DNA of 64,000 nt. Source: the human T2T-CHM13v2.0 reference genome, Homo sapiens. Below, in pieces: positions 1 through 15,149 of the stretch. Where the stretch lies: the NCBI RefSeq assembly GCF_009914755.1, contig NC_060931.1; one strand, 5' to 3'. The notes beneath the pieces are model-generated. The model worked only from the letters and a program-made list of their open reading frames with translations, searched no databases and was not told where the DNA came from. Position 1 is the stretch's first letter. The number at the start of each line of letters is the position of its first letter. The position numbers and the translations under genes were made by a program.

Positions 1-2388
1 ATACCCAATTTCTTAGACATAGCTTTGTCATTTTGGTAAAGTTATGCCTCAGTTTCCTCATTCATAAAAGTATATCTACCATAAAAGGTGGGTGGGAGGA
101 TTCAACGAAATCAGTACACAGAAGTACTTACCACAGTGCTAGAACCTAGCGAACAATAAGTAATAGCCATTGTCATTTTTATTAAATTGTTTCATGAGGA
201 AGGGAAGAGAGGAATCCAAAGGTTAGGTGTTGTAAAGAATAACTCTTCTAATTAGGTAGGAGAGAAATAGGAGAGAACGTGTATCAATACACATGGATGT
301 GGATTACAAATTAAAATCCGTATCCTGTATTTTCTTACCAATACCCAAGTGTGTAGAACAAATTATGTATAAGGACTCTGAAGAATCTAGAAATATCTAT
401 TATAAAATCCCATTAAAATGGCATCTATCTGAAATTCTATGTATAAACAAAATGATTTGTTTAGTGAAAATTAATTGTGCTATTTGTACTCCAAGTCAAA
501 AGACAAAAAATTTAAAAAAAAAAAACAAACAAACTTGTTTAGAGTGTCATTAACATGCAATATTGGGTCCAAAGTGTTTGGGGGTGAGGAGGATGAATCA
601 AATGACCCATAGCAAGATTAAAATTGCTTTGAGGAAGTCTATAGTTTATATTAAAAATTAATGCGAATTTTGTTCATCAATACATTGGTATGTGTTTTAA
701 TATAAAAATATTTTTGAACTTAGAAAAGTTTACTTGGCATTGAGTGAACACTGCTTGTCTAGGAAGCTATGTCATACTCATTTGTCCCTTGCACACTGCT
801 AAAAATCTTTGAGATAAATCAATGTCTTTTAGGCTAGACCAAATAAAAACAAAAGCTTACTAAAACTGTCTACTTCTAACTATTTTAAGTTCAAACTTAT
901 AAAATATTATGAGGTCATCATACAAGATGACTGGTCAACTTCATTTTTAAAATCAAAATGGCTTTTAGGTATTGAATATTTCAAAGCAAAAAACCTTACG
1001 GGTAGCCCACAGTTTTCAATTTTCAGTCAACTTTGGTCTAAGTAATAATAACAATATTTCCTAATAAACATAAATGTAAATTATCAACAGAATGGTTTCT
1101 CAAAACAATTACTGCTTAAACTTCATCGTTTTATATTGTTTCTATGTGTTATAATTAGTGAATAGGTAAGACAATATAAAAAAGGAGATACTTATAGTTT
1201 CCCTAGCTTGTCCTTAACCTGCTTATGCTTATAGGCCTATTTTACTGACCTTCCAATTTAGTTGTCACTGATATGCATAGTCAAATTCCTTCTTTGTTCA
1301 TCAGTCAGACTTTTAATAATTTCCATTTCTGGTAAATTTCCAATCTGTCTAGATATAATAGTGAGGAAATGAATGATTCAATCTTAATGATATTAGAGTC
1401 ATGATGGAAATGGACTCAACTCACAAAAAGCCATTTTTTGGCAACATCAGCTATGTTTTCATTCAAACCAGTTCTGAAACAGTTTTTCCTTCCCTAATCT
1501 TAACACTTATTACTCTTAACTACAAATTTGAGATTTGCTTTCTTTTTATGGATTCTGTAAGTTTTTTACTAAATTACTTGCTTAATGAAGATCTTGAAAT
1601 AATATCCATTTAAGTAAAACTAAAGAAAATGTAGTAATTTACAATCAAGTTATTCCAATTTCTCCTTAGGATTCTAGATTTATTCACTCAGTCCAAAATA
1701 TTTATTAAATGCTTCTCATTACGGACAAGGCACTCTTCTCGGTAACTGTGTACCAGAAATACCAACATGTGTAAGCCTCTGCCTAAAAAGAGGTGACAGT
1801 CTAATAGTTTCCAATACAGGAGACATTCGAAAGTACTGACAGATCTAACTCCTTTGAGCACTTACTGTCAAATATATCTAATCACATTCTTAAAATTAAA
1901 TCATTTTCTTCTGGCATACATTATATTAACTATCATCACTTGTGGGAAAGTAATGTAGAATATTACTTTAAAAGAGACTAAGCTATAAATTTGAATACAT
2001 ATAAAAAAGCAGTACCCAAGAGTAAATATGTTTGAGCCCAAAATTACAAAATATCCAGTTACAAATAGATTCTAATAAAGATTTTACTCAAAACAAAAAT
2101 CTACCCACTAATGCATTAAATATAAGTGCATTTTAATTAAGACTTTAATTTTTTTAAAGCATAACTGGTCATAAGAATAATCCTCTGAAATGCATCTTTT
2201 CCAAAGAATTTTGAATTTATTAAGAGCAAGACAGAATTCTATGGAAATATAACCCCAAGTTTCCCAGGGAAGAGTTTAGATCAGAGCAAACTAAAAATTT
2301 TTGAATAAAATGATGGCATAACTGAAAAGTCATGGGGAGAGAAAGAACTTGGCTCCTTATTTATTTTGCAACAGTGTGTATGCTATTT

Positions 2389-2462
2389 GCACATGTACCC
2401 TAAAACTTAAAGTATAATAATAATAAAATTAAAATAAATAAATAATGGTTAAAAAAAGAAAA
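2389..2462 (+). mobile_element. Very short 5'-truncated L1PA 3' end
   Basis: gcacatgtaccctaaaacttaaagtataataataa followed by an A-rich tail. Confidence 0.75.
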
Positions 2463-2633
2463 TAAATTCATACTGTTTTTTTTATTCTATTGAAAAAAAA
2501 GATGATGTTTTTAGAGCTAGTGGTTTTGTGGTTTTAGCAAGGTATCACATGAGGAAACAAATACTAAACAAAGTTATGTTGAAAAAATCTCCATGTTACC
2601 TCTTTTTAGTAGAATGGTAAAGTTTTGCCCTAA

Positions 2634-3406
<773 letters not shown>

Positions 3407-4019
3407 TAGTTATTGTTTTTAAAATGTTAGCTTTGTGATACCATCCCAAAAAGTCATTTATTGTTTTTTGTTTGTTTGGGTAGGAGAATTCATCAAAGTG
3501 GACATTCTATAAATTTTTGGTTAACAAATTGGCTCAAGTCACATTCTTGGCCCAAAGACCATTTTTGGTTTTACTTTCACAGGAAATACATATGAAAAAG
3601 TTAGGTTTGTGGCTGTCAAACTGTCAGCTGTTTTTAAAATGTAATTTTTAGTACCACCTTAATACTACCTTATAAAGAATGCAGAATATACTTTTGTATT
3701 TGGCTTTCTTAAAGTGAAGAGATAATGCTTTAAAGCTAACCTGCTCACAAATAGCTGAGAAATTTAAAAGGAGATTTTACTTAACATTAACTTTTTTTAA
3801 GCTAAAAGCTCATAATTTTAACATTTGGCTTTTCTACTACCCTACTGCTGAACAGAGCAATAAAAAAAACTATACTATTTTATTTGGACAATACTAATAT
3901 AAATCCTTAACCTATAATGGAAACTTCCAAACATGAACTCTAAAACATGGGCATTTTTAATGACTACCACTTTTAATAAATATACTAAAATATTCAATAT
4001 TTGCACATCATTAAATAAA

Positions 4020-5487
4020 AAATTAATTTTTAACAAAATTTTATTTAGAGCATTAGGAAAATCATATTCAAAACACAGAAATAATCAGACTATAACAATG
4101 CTGCATAGATAGTGGTATACAAGTTCCCTGACTCTAACTTCTTCCTAACTTAAAAGTTCAATTTTCAAGTCACCAGGTAGAAAATGGTGGAGGCATTATT
4201 TCCTCTTTCTGAGGCTATAAAAAAATGGCTTCAATGGTGAGAAGGCAAACCATTTAAACAATGAAGATTAGATTATACCCCAATTTAATTCTATTCCCTT
4301 CTTGTTTGTTATTTCTCATAGATGAAAATTTAGAATGTAATAATTATTGGAAAGGAATAAGAAGTGAATTACCTCTTAGGAGATACCCTGATCAGTGCCT
4401 GCTTTAATCAGACAAAACACTAAGTTTTAAAAATTACAACCACAATATTATGCCTAACTAAAATTGCCAATATGAATACTTTTTTACAGAATACATTACA
4501 TGTATACCAGAAGAGAAATACTTGTTTCCTATCCTCTGACCTTCAGTAGAAAAAAAATGTTATCACTAACAAGGATCAGAAAAATAATTTTCAAGGCAGA
4601 GCATTAACTCAATGGGGATCAAAATCTTTTCTGAATACTTAAAATAGACTGAGTCAGTCAACGAGAAATTGCTAAATTTCTTCTATGAGAGTACTTTTCA
4701 AAAAGGAAGACAATTTATTGGAAGAATTTGTAGCTGGAAACACTGTTCATTAAGAAAACATTAAGTTACCCTGAGAAAGATTCTTAATATTACCAGTGTT
4801 TTCAGGGCCCCCTGACCAACGCATGGAAGAGCAACTTGTAGGCTCTAGCCTTTTAACAATACCTACATAAAGAATATTTTGATCTAAAATGTAACTTGGG
4901 TTCTCTGCCACACTGGTAATAAGTCACAACCAAGACATCTGAATGTGATGGAGTATAAGCAAATTTTGCGTTTATTTTAGGCTGCCCTCTTTCTTTTCTA
5001 AGAGAAAGAGTTTGCAGTTCTTCAAATGGTCTTGGATGAAACCTACTGTTTGGAAAAAAGAATCTTCTGTAAGTAAACTGGTAGTTTTCTTAAAACAGTA
5101 AACAAATTTATCTGGTCTACATTCTCTAAACTATTATTATATGCCTAGAAAATAAGGCATTAGTAATTCATCATTGACCATTGCAGAGCATAGACAACTG
5201 TTTCTTTCTAATCAGGACCATAAGCAAACATTCCTGAAAGTGCAGTGTTATTTTTAACGTCTCTTATGCATTTACAGTAAGCATTTGACTCCCTACATAC
5301 TTTCATTATAAAATGTTTTTTCCCAACGCCTTATATATACCATAATTACTTAAGAAAAGACAAAGTGAGAGCAGCTACAGAAGTAGCAAGGTATTTTCCA
5401 CAAATAAAAATACAGCATACAAAAAATGGCAAGTTAGTGATAATTGGTAGTATGAGTGCTTATTAATATCCCGCTTTGGGGTCCAAA
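4020..5487 (-). other. TMEM168: TMEM168 3'UTR to a probable polyA site
   Basis: Follows the stop codon; AATAAA on minus at 4040-4045, a second at 3879-3884; longer isoforms possible. Confidence 0.65.
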
Positions 5488-6035
5488 TTAAGATTTGACA
5501 AGTTTGAAGCCTTGTCCTGTGTCCAGCACAGTAGGAAGAAACCAACTCATTTTTAATCTTTTCAAGCACCTAAAACAAGTTTTGCAGATCCAAAAAAGGT
5601 TCAGACCGCATAACCAATTTGCCAAATGCACTAGGGGATATGTAATACGAGGAAAGTGTAACATCCAGTGCTTGGCCACATCGCTTCCCGTTGGCAAATG
5701 CAGAGTGTAGTCACTCCACCGTTTTGACACACCATATACTGCTTTCACTGTGCGTCCCTTTTCAGTCCAGCAGATGTTATTACTGGAGTTGCAGTTATAT
5801 TCTACCCAGTCTTTTGTAAAGTCACCTAGCTGTGGCGGGTCAGCTTCTTCAATATCTACTGTTTTTATCAACTCTGCTCCTTGCACTGCAATATACTGGT
5901 CATTAATTTTCCTCACTTCTTTCACCCAAGGGGTTGAATTTTCGCTGTCTAATACGATAATAAGCCGGGAACAAAAGGAACCATTCTTTTCTCTCCACCA
6001 TTCTATAAGTGTGTCAAGGCGTAGTGTATCTCCAC
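5488..6035 (-). CDS. TMEM168: TMEM168 last coding exon
   Basis: Acceptor cacag|GTG; GGDTLRLD...FKLVKS*; 548 nt; spliced CDS totals 2094 nt = 697 aa + stop. Confidence 0.96.
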
Positions 6036-6369
6036 CTGTGAACAAGAGAAAATTCAATGGAGCAATAATTTCTGCAGCCTCTCATTAAGAAAACCCTCTT
6101 AATCATTTTCTTCTAGAGAGAAAATACTCTTGTTATACATGTATTTTCCTTAAGTTCTTAGAATTAAATAAGCAAAAAAATAAAGTATTTAAATGACACT
6201 TTCAAAGTATCTTTTGAAAAGATATTTTTTACAACAGATTTTCAACTTGAGGTAAAAAAAATCCTTATTACTCACATAAAAAGGAATCTGCTAGTATAAA
6301 ATTAAGGAAATAGTTTTACACAGTTGTATTTAGTGAAAACAACTATACAGAAAAGCTAACATTCTACAC

Positions 6370-6685
6370 CAGGGGCAGCAACTACAACTCATGGGCCAGA
6401 TCCAGCCTGCCACCTCTTTTTGTATGGCCTGAAAGCTAAGAATTGATTTTATATTTTCACATGGTTGAAAGAAAATCAGAATATTTTGTGATAGTAAAAA
6501 CTGTATGCAATTTGTTTCATATAATTATTTTCATAAATAAGTTTATTGGAACACAACTACATTCATTCATTTATACCGTCTATGGCTGCTATTGCTCTAA
6601 AGTAGCAGAGCTGAATAGCTGCAACAGGCATCTAAACCCACAAAGCCAAAAATATCTGGCCCTTTACAGAAAAAGTTTGCCTCCC
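6370..6685. mobile_element. MER58-like hAT DNA transposon relic
   Basis: cagggg...gggccagatccagcctgccacc...tttacagaaaaagtttgcc termini. Confidence 0.65.
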
Positions 6686-9569
6686 CATTCTGTATCATTG
6701 TTTCCTTCTCTTCCTCATATGTAGGTACCTATTGAATGAAAATAAACCCTGTTCCTACCTGTACAAGAATGAGTTTAAGAACAGATTTACATTTAAATCA
6801 GTTTTATAGCTGAAGAACAAGGGATTAAAAAAATATATATACCCAGAAAGTTCTAAAGTAAATAAACTTCTGACTACAGGTTTTACATCTCGTTATTTTT
6901 TTGCATTAATTTTGATTTTTAAGTATACTACATTAAAATATTCATTTTGATTATTGAGTTTTTTGGCATTCCCTTATGTTTTGTGCCTGAGGCAACTGCC
7001 ACCCTCACCTCATCTGGCCCTGTCTCAATGGTACACTGATAACGATCATTCCAATTCTACGAATCTATCTTAAGGAAAGAACAGACATAGGGACAAAAAA
7101 TTACAAAAAAAGACGACCTTCCCATTTGGGAAATGGAAATGAACTATGGCCTAAAACCTTAGGAGGAAATCTTATAACAAAATATTTATAAAGAAAATTT
7201 ATTGATGAGAAAATGTCTATATTAGAAAAAGCATGACAGTACATCTACAAAAATTATAACAGCAGCTATTGCTGGGTGTTTCACTTCCATGTGGTTTTTA
7301 AAATATTTTTCTGACAGTTTTACATTGAGCATAAGTTACTTTTACAATTTACCAGCACAAGACCCAACATTTTCCCCAAATCAACTGTCCTCTTGGTTTC
7401 ACCATTAAAAATGGACACCACCAGAGAGAGAATCCTTTAGAATTGGGATTCTATCATATTCTTTATGTGTCATTTATTAATGTTTTATTAATCAGTAAGC
7501 TTAAGAACCTGAAAATAAACTTTTTTTATTAATCGCTCTAACACTCACACATATTATCTCAGAGACACTATTTCAGTACATTGTCTCCACATATTACTAA
7601 TGTGTTATTCCACTGATACCTCCAAAAGATACTTTTTCAAAAATGGCCAAATGTTAACTCTCCATTATTGTCAGCTCTATTAAATTTCTCTAGAGATCAG
7701 AAGATGACACAGATTACAAGAACTATTATGTAAATTCCATCTGCCACAAAACATCATTGCCCAACATGCCATCCACAACTATTTCAATAAACATTCTTGA
7801 GCATATTCTACCCTAATTCTCTTATATAAATGCTCTTTAGATATCAACGAGACCTAAAGCAGCATTAAAGCTTTCTAAACAATTTCTCTTGTTTTGCTCT
7901 GCTTTCTCCTATGAATAGGTTCTATGCTACATTTGGCTTTTGGCCCAGATTCAAAGTACTTACATTTATCTAAGCTAATATCCATCTGATGCATTTTAAG
8001 TAATTGAGACTGCTTTTTAAAGGTTTTATTTGTAATAAACTGCTTTATAAATTATCTACATTTTTTCCATTTATTTCTGTCTCTCCTGTAATTACCATAA
8101 TTGTTTTCTATCCTCAAGCAGAGGCAAAAATATTAGGTTCCATATCATGAAACTCCATAAATATAAGAAGACTACATATTCTAACTACTGTGAGTGAAGG
8201 TATGGGATAAAGGGCAAATATAGATTCTCTTTCCCACAGCGATATTAATACTGGGCCTGCTATCAACTTGCTAACCCAAGTAAAATCCAGTTGTGATGTT
8301 TCCTATTTCAAAGTTTGCTGAAAAAACAACAAAAAACAAAACAAAAAATCCCCAACTATTAATAAATTAGCAGAGCTTAAAGCTCTTTGTCACTTAATTT
8401 GGAATAGATGAAAGTATTTTCCTCAGAGCAGAGATATTCAATACTATTTGTGAGGCAGAATCAGCCCTTGAGGACTACGTCTAAAGCAGGCCAGGGCATG
8501 AACTAACTGAAAAGCGGGCTTTTCTGGGCCTGGTTCAACCTGACTACCCACAAGTATGCGAGATGCCTCAGGCCATGCATGACAGTATGCAGTTGCTGAA
8601 TTATAAGATAAAATCTACCTTTCTCAGGGAAGGGAGATCAGTATGCTTTCTCTCTCTTTTTTTTAAACTTCTTATAATAAGCCTCAAAGTTACACAAGAA
8701 CAAATCTTAGCTAACAGAGGAATTCTGTAACGGTCAATTTACTGGTAGCATACTTCAAAAAAATTATAAAGACATCATTCTAGAATGTAACTGCTAAACA
8801 TTTACCTAAAATACAACTCTATTTTAGTGTTCTTAAAGTCTTCAAAAATTATTCCTAACAGTGAATGAAAATTTAGAAAAACTGCGAGAGATATATATAT
8901 GTGTGTGTGTGTTTATCTTAGTGTTTTTACTTTTCTTAGAAAAATAAAAAGCTGATATAAGTATTAGTAAATGAACATCTAGAATTGATTTCCATAGCTA
9001 TCTTTAAGAAATACTTAATGAATTTTAAATTACTTAAGAAAAATGCAAACTTTTTGAAAAGTGTTTCTATTAAGTAATAAATCCTTCATATAAACACACA
9101 TAAAAAGCTTACTTCTAAAATTACTCTAACACTTTAAAATAACTAGGGATATATGCATGGCCACCAAAAATTAGCCCTGTTTTTTCCATTTGATCTGGGT
9201 AGAGTTTATTATCATAAGGATTATAGTAAGTTTCAGCAATCTCTGCTTTTAGATCTAAAATTCTATTTCTGTAAAGGCTATTTTAATTGACTAAAAGCTT
9301 TCTCTTGTGCTCTGAGTTGGAATACACAGAACGTTATACTTTACCTGAAACTGAAGTAGCCATAAAGGTTAAAAAGATGCTTTCTACGTTGTAATTAAAA
9401 AGTTATAGGTCAAGTAAATGATTTTATAAACTATATTCAATTAGTTTTAATGTTCAGTGCATCTTTTAGTCTTGTACATTCTAATGTTTTGAAATGGGTG
9501 ACCCATGTTAACAAAAATATCCACTTAACCAGAACATGCCATTCCTTTATCATCATGGCTTTCACCCTT

Positions 9570-9830
9570 GGAGGCAACATGGTAGAGTGGGGGGAAAAAT
9601 ACACTTTAGGAATCAGGCAGATCTGGTCTTAAATCATGGTTCTATCACATAGTGGTATGACCACAGATAAGTTACATAACAACTTTCAATTTCCATTTCA
9701 TCGTTTGAAAAATGAAGATAACAGAAGTGATGGTATCTATCTCAAAGGATTTCACATAAAGATTAACAATGTGTGTAAGGTACTAAGTACAGTAAGCTGA
9801 TGCTTAAAATGTACCCAATAAATATTAGCT
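9570..9830 (+). mobile_element. MIR relic
   Basis: Degenerate MIR core (ggaatcaggcagatctgg...ataagttac...gaaaaatgaagataac). Confidence 0.55.
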
Positions 9831-10529
9831 TGTCTTTCTACTAGAAGGCCACTGAGTTATTCAATATTTATTTGCAAAAAAGAAAAATTTCAAAAAAATA
9901 TTTCTCCTTATGATAAAAACCTCAGTTACAAATCTGGCATGAAATCAATGAGATCATGCTAGTTTAAAATCATCTCTACCTTAACCTTTTTGTTTGTCTC
10001 TTTCTGGAGTTCTTATATTGGCAACTCTGCCTCTGTCCTTCCATACTACTTCTATTTATCTTTTTCTTTATCCTGAATGTTTCCACTTTATTTATGACTA
10101 TTTTATTATTTATATATTCTTGGTTTAAAACATCTACACTTTTATGGAAAAAAAAATCATGTAATTAAATCTAAAATAACTATTTCTAATCTAAAATAAG
10201 AAAATTACCTTTTTTAATGATTTATTCAATGATTTCATCTATCTATCAGCTACTTAAGGATCCTCTACTATGTATTGGGCTCTGTTATAGGTCCTAAACA
10301 AGTAACAGTTGATAAAACAAAGCCCTTGACTTTCTCTCTATTAATAGTTGGAAAGACTGACAAATTTATATATGATATAAAGAGATCTCATTTCTCTCTT
10401 GGCAATAACTAAGAAGTTTTCTATTTCCCATAATGCATGCAAACCAAAGTTATTTTATGTTTTTTCAAATGCAAAAAAATCCCTACAGAATTTTGTACCT
10501 TAGAATAAAACTCAATGGTCATTTACAAT

Positions 10530-10660
10530 TACCCCCTTATTTTACAGATGAGAAAATTGAAGCCAACAGAAGTTAACTAACTTGCCTAAAATAACACAGC
10601 TGTGGCAAATTAGGACCAGAACCAAGGTCTCCTGACCTAAGTGCTACTCCCACCATACTA
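10530..10660 (-). mobile_element. MIR relic
   Basis: attttacagatgagaaaattgaagcc...aacttgcctaa. Confidence 0.6.
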
Positions 10661-11071
10661 CATGATCTGCTGTTTAAAATTTTGGTGAGCTTTATAACAT
10701 AAATAAAACTACAGATGTGAAGGACTACTGAAATCTGCATCCATAACATTTAAAAACTTAAAGATACTAGTCAAAGGAGTTTATCAGCTTCTGAAAAATA
10801 TGTTTAGCAATTCTGAAAATATTTTAAGGGAAACTGTAAGTCTCAAAGCATTTTTTTCCTTCTAATCACTATAAGACGTAATTCCCAATCTTATCATTAG
10901 AGATTAAATTAGGCTAAACAGGTATGCTAGAGCAAAGAAAAACAAATTAGAGTCATATGCATAGTTCAGTAAACTAAGAATCCTGGAAATTTAACGACTG
11001 TGTGTGAAGTACAGATTTCTACATATACATGTGTATCTTTACAATAGTGAAACTGCCAAAGGTGAGTTTAC

Positions 11072-11346
11072 CTGCTAGAGCCCACTCTCCTGTACCATGG
11101 GTGTGCCCACTGTAATACAAAATATACGTATCATGTCTGGGTCCATCCACTGTCCGAAGTTCGAGGAAAGCTTTTAGTTTGGAATGCAGAGTATCAAATG
11201 ACAGTCCACTTGTGGAATAGTCACATCCATAGGTCTCAATCATATGATATGCAAAAAATCTTTGGATAGCATTGAGCATGCCAGTAGACCTCAAATTTAA
11301 CTCCTGTACATGTTCTGGGGGAAGCAGTGTTGGCTGACCATCAGGA
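11072..11346 (-). CDS. TMEM168: TMEM168 exon 4
   Basis: Acceptor ttcag|TCC and donor CAG|gtaaac; 275 nt encoding (S)[10 protein letters not shown]...[15 protein letters not shown]; phase 2 to 1. Confidence 0.96.
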
Positions 11347-12864
11347 CTGAAGTAGGAGAAAAAACAAGAAGTACTCATTCTATATCACATTCTCATCTGT
11401 CATTTGTAACTGATTATCTAAGAATCAGTTATAATATAGTTGCTGCTAAGTGGCAGGATTTTTGTAAAAAATCACCCTTTCTAAAATTCCTATAGTACTG
11501 AGAATTAAGCTTAGAAAATCAAAACCTGGTTTCTAAATATTATATTTACTATCATTAAAACAATAATCAAATTAAAAGCTGGGATAATGTCTCCAAATGT
11601 AGATAGTATTACTCTTTGTTCCTTATTCGTATTTTCTTACATGACAAATATTGGACAAGGTTTTTTAAAAGCAGGATTACACTGTTTCAAGAACATCTGG
11701 GTGGGGACTATTAAAAAAACTTCTTTAAAAATATTATAACACAAAATAAAAAAGCAATATTTTAATTATATATTTACTTCTGTATTGAAAAATAGTCAAT
11801 AAAATTGTGTTCAAATTTTATTAACTTAAGGTACATAAATAATAGAAGAAATTATCTATTAATAGGCATTTAAAAAGTTATTAAAATTTAGGTCCATTGC
11901 TTTATACCACTGGACACTAGTTGAAGACTTAGATTTACTCCTAGAACAAATATAAAATGGTACTCTAGTACAAAGATGATAAAGCAAGTCTTATAACTAG
12001 CAAAATACCATTAATATTGAGAAAGAAAAAATCATCATTCCTATCCAGAAAAGGGATTTCTATCGGGATTTTTGAAAACGTTAGATTTTGCTTCATATAT
12101 CATCAGTACTATTCTACTAACTTTTTTTCATTACAGTCACAAAAGAGTAAGGAATACATTAAAAAAATTACAATGGAATAAATATCTAACTGTGCATATT
12201 ACTATTTCCACACATTCTTTCTACAAGGTTGTCATTTCTCACTTTATGTGACATTTCCAAATCTGTTTCCTTCAGTTCTTAAACCTTCAACTTTGTATTA
12301 AGTCTTTAACGAAGGAAAATATTTCCTACAAATAGTCTATTTGGAGATTTTTATGTCAAATACTTGAAATTGGGAAAAAACTTTACTTCCACTCTCCTCT
12401 CCCCCAGGGAAAGTGTGATGAAAACTGTCATCAGAATTCATTTATGGCAAAGAATTATTTTAAAGGTAGTTAGCTATAAAATAAAAATCAAAATGTAGCA
12501 ACATTTACAGATTTATACAGATGTCACCACCTTTGTGGGTAAAAGTTATTTTGGAATAAAACTGCAATAAACATTTATTAAACTTCACTGCCAATCCTCT
12601 GAATTCCTAGTATTTGTATGGCATTTTTCAGTGTGCAGAGTGTTTTTACATTTTTTTTTTTTTTTTTTTTTTTTTTAGTGCTTCATACCATTCCTGTCAG
12701 ATGAACAGAAGAGTTATCACTATATACATTTTAGGCAAAGACAGATAATAAGGTTCAGAGTAGTTATAGTGTACCAAAGGTAACAAAGAACTAGACCTCC
12801 AGCCTCTCAGGCCCAGAGCACGTTTTACTATATTTCACTATGTTGCTTCAGAGGACACTTTCTT

Positions 12865-13170
<306 letters not shown>

Positions 13171-13466
13171 CAGAGGACACTTTCTTAACAAAATATTCCC
13201 TTTAGGGTAAGATCTTTCCTTAGAAAAGTTATTCATGAATATTTTCTGGTTTCTAGCTAAAATATAAGCTTATCATATTTATCAAAATATTTCAATTTAA
13301 CTCTGAAGATATTATCACTTGGAATAAAGTTTGTTAAAAATTTGGAAGAAATGCACAAGTTATATTTTGAAAACAGTTTTGAAAAGGAGCTATATTTTAT
13401 TCATATAAATATTAAGAAAATGTTATGAAGTGAATAGTTATCACTAACTATACTAGATTACTGTAC

Positions 13467-13609
13467 CTGCAGAAGTTGGTGGGAATCACAATAGCATATC
13501 CAACAGATGTTCCTCCTAAACAGTTACCCAATTCATGGAAGAGCCCATGAGCCATGGATTCCAATGGCAAAACGATTAGAAACATGCTCAAGAAAATTCC
13601 ATTTGTTGG
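13467..13609 (-). CDS. TMEM168: TMEM168 exon 3
   Basis: Acceptor tttcttttag|CCA and donor CAG|gtacag; 143 nt encoding [47 protein letters not shown]; phase 0 to 2; not in the ORF track. Confidence 0.95.
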
Positions 13610-14075
13610 CTAAAAGAAATCCAAAACATGTTTACATAGTACATGTACATATGTGTATATATTTACATGCATGCACATTGATTCACATTTTTTAGCTTCT
13701 ACTTTCAAAAAGGATAAAAGGAACAATTAATGATCTAAAAACAATTTTCAGTTAAAGCAGACACGTATACATGGATGAGCTAACTAGTGCAATAAATCCT
13801 AAATTTATCTCTTAGTTTTTTGGAAGTTGTGGCAAAACACGGCACATCATTTTTAAAAAAGAATTGTCAAATAACATCCTATCCAGACGAGAAAAAAAAA
13901 AAAAACAAAACAAACCAAAACCACTCTTTGATATAACAGAGAAAATGCCAGAAAACAAATATCTTGTTAAAACCCACATGCCTATGTCATTTTTCAAATA
14001 ACAGATTTATTTACTTTATCAAAAAGAGTGCTTTAGAAAGGGGTCATTTTTTCCCCATGAAATTATGAAAGTAAA

Positions 14076-14711
14076 TTCTTAAGGAAATTTAAGACCCTAA
14101 AGCCATAAAAACTAATTCCGTTTATATGGTATAGTTTACCTTATAAAGCACTGAACTCTCTAGATGTGCAAATTCAAAATTTTAACAGAAGAAAATATTG
14201 AGGACACGTAAGCATTGTAAAAGCAGAATGGAAAGTAGACAGGCAGAAGAAATAAGCAGGAGGCAATCAGGTATTAATTGCAATGAAAAAGCAGAAAAAA
14301 TACTCATTTAAGTGAAAAGAAAATGGATAGTCACTTGAACATACCTTTAGAATATTAAACTATTACTTTTTTCTATATGCTTTCTGTATTCTTTCTCTAT
14401 TACTTTCTTTCTGTATAAGTTCTTAAGGAAATTTAAGACCCTAAAGCTATAAAAACGAATTCCGTTTATATGATATAGTTTACCTTATAAAGCACTGAAC
14501 TCTCTAGATGTGCAATCAAAATTTAACAGAAGAAAATATTAAGGACATATAAGCATTGTAAAAGCAGAATGGAAAGTAGACAGGCAGAAGAAATAAGGAG
14601 GAGGCAATCAGGTATTAACTGCAATGAAAAAGCAGAAAAAATTAAGACTCATTTAAGTGAAAAGAAAATGGATAGTCACTTGAACATTTCTTTAGAATAT
14701 TAAACTATTAC
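14076..14711. repeat. Direct duplication of ~291 bp with a 53-bp spacer
   Basis: 14076-14366 and 14420-14711 are near identical (ttcttaaggaaatttaagaccc...taaactattac). Confidence 0.95.
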
Positions 14712-15149
14712 ATTCTTCCGGTATTGCTACTGCACATACTATATGCCTAGGTGCATGAACACATACTTTTAACACTAAGGGGTGGTTCACTTGATCAAAA
14801 TTTAATAAAAAAATTAATTCCTGCAATAGAAAAATGAATATACTGCCCTATTTTGGTACATCCTATTTTGTCAATGACATAAATAACACAGTACATGCTC
14901 CATTTAAAAACACTAGAAAATACAAATAAGTAAAAAAGATATGTGATTAAAATCATTCCAAATACCATCATCTATACGCACAGCTACTCTGAAATATTCC
15001 CAGACTTCATGCAATGTATTTTTCACAAATACATATTCATGTGTATGTTTTTTTTTTTTACCAAAATGGGATACATAATCTATCAACATTTTAATTTAAG
15101 CTTACATTACTCTAAATCACTTGTAAAGACCAAATGGCATTCCTATGAT

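Noticed and set aside
5495-6088. Plus-strand ORFs over TMEM168 exon 5 (also 22389-22667 over exon 2)
   Set aside because: Antisense shadows of real coding exons
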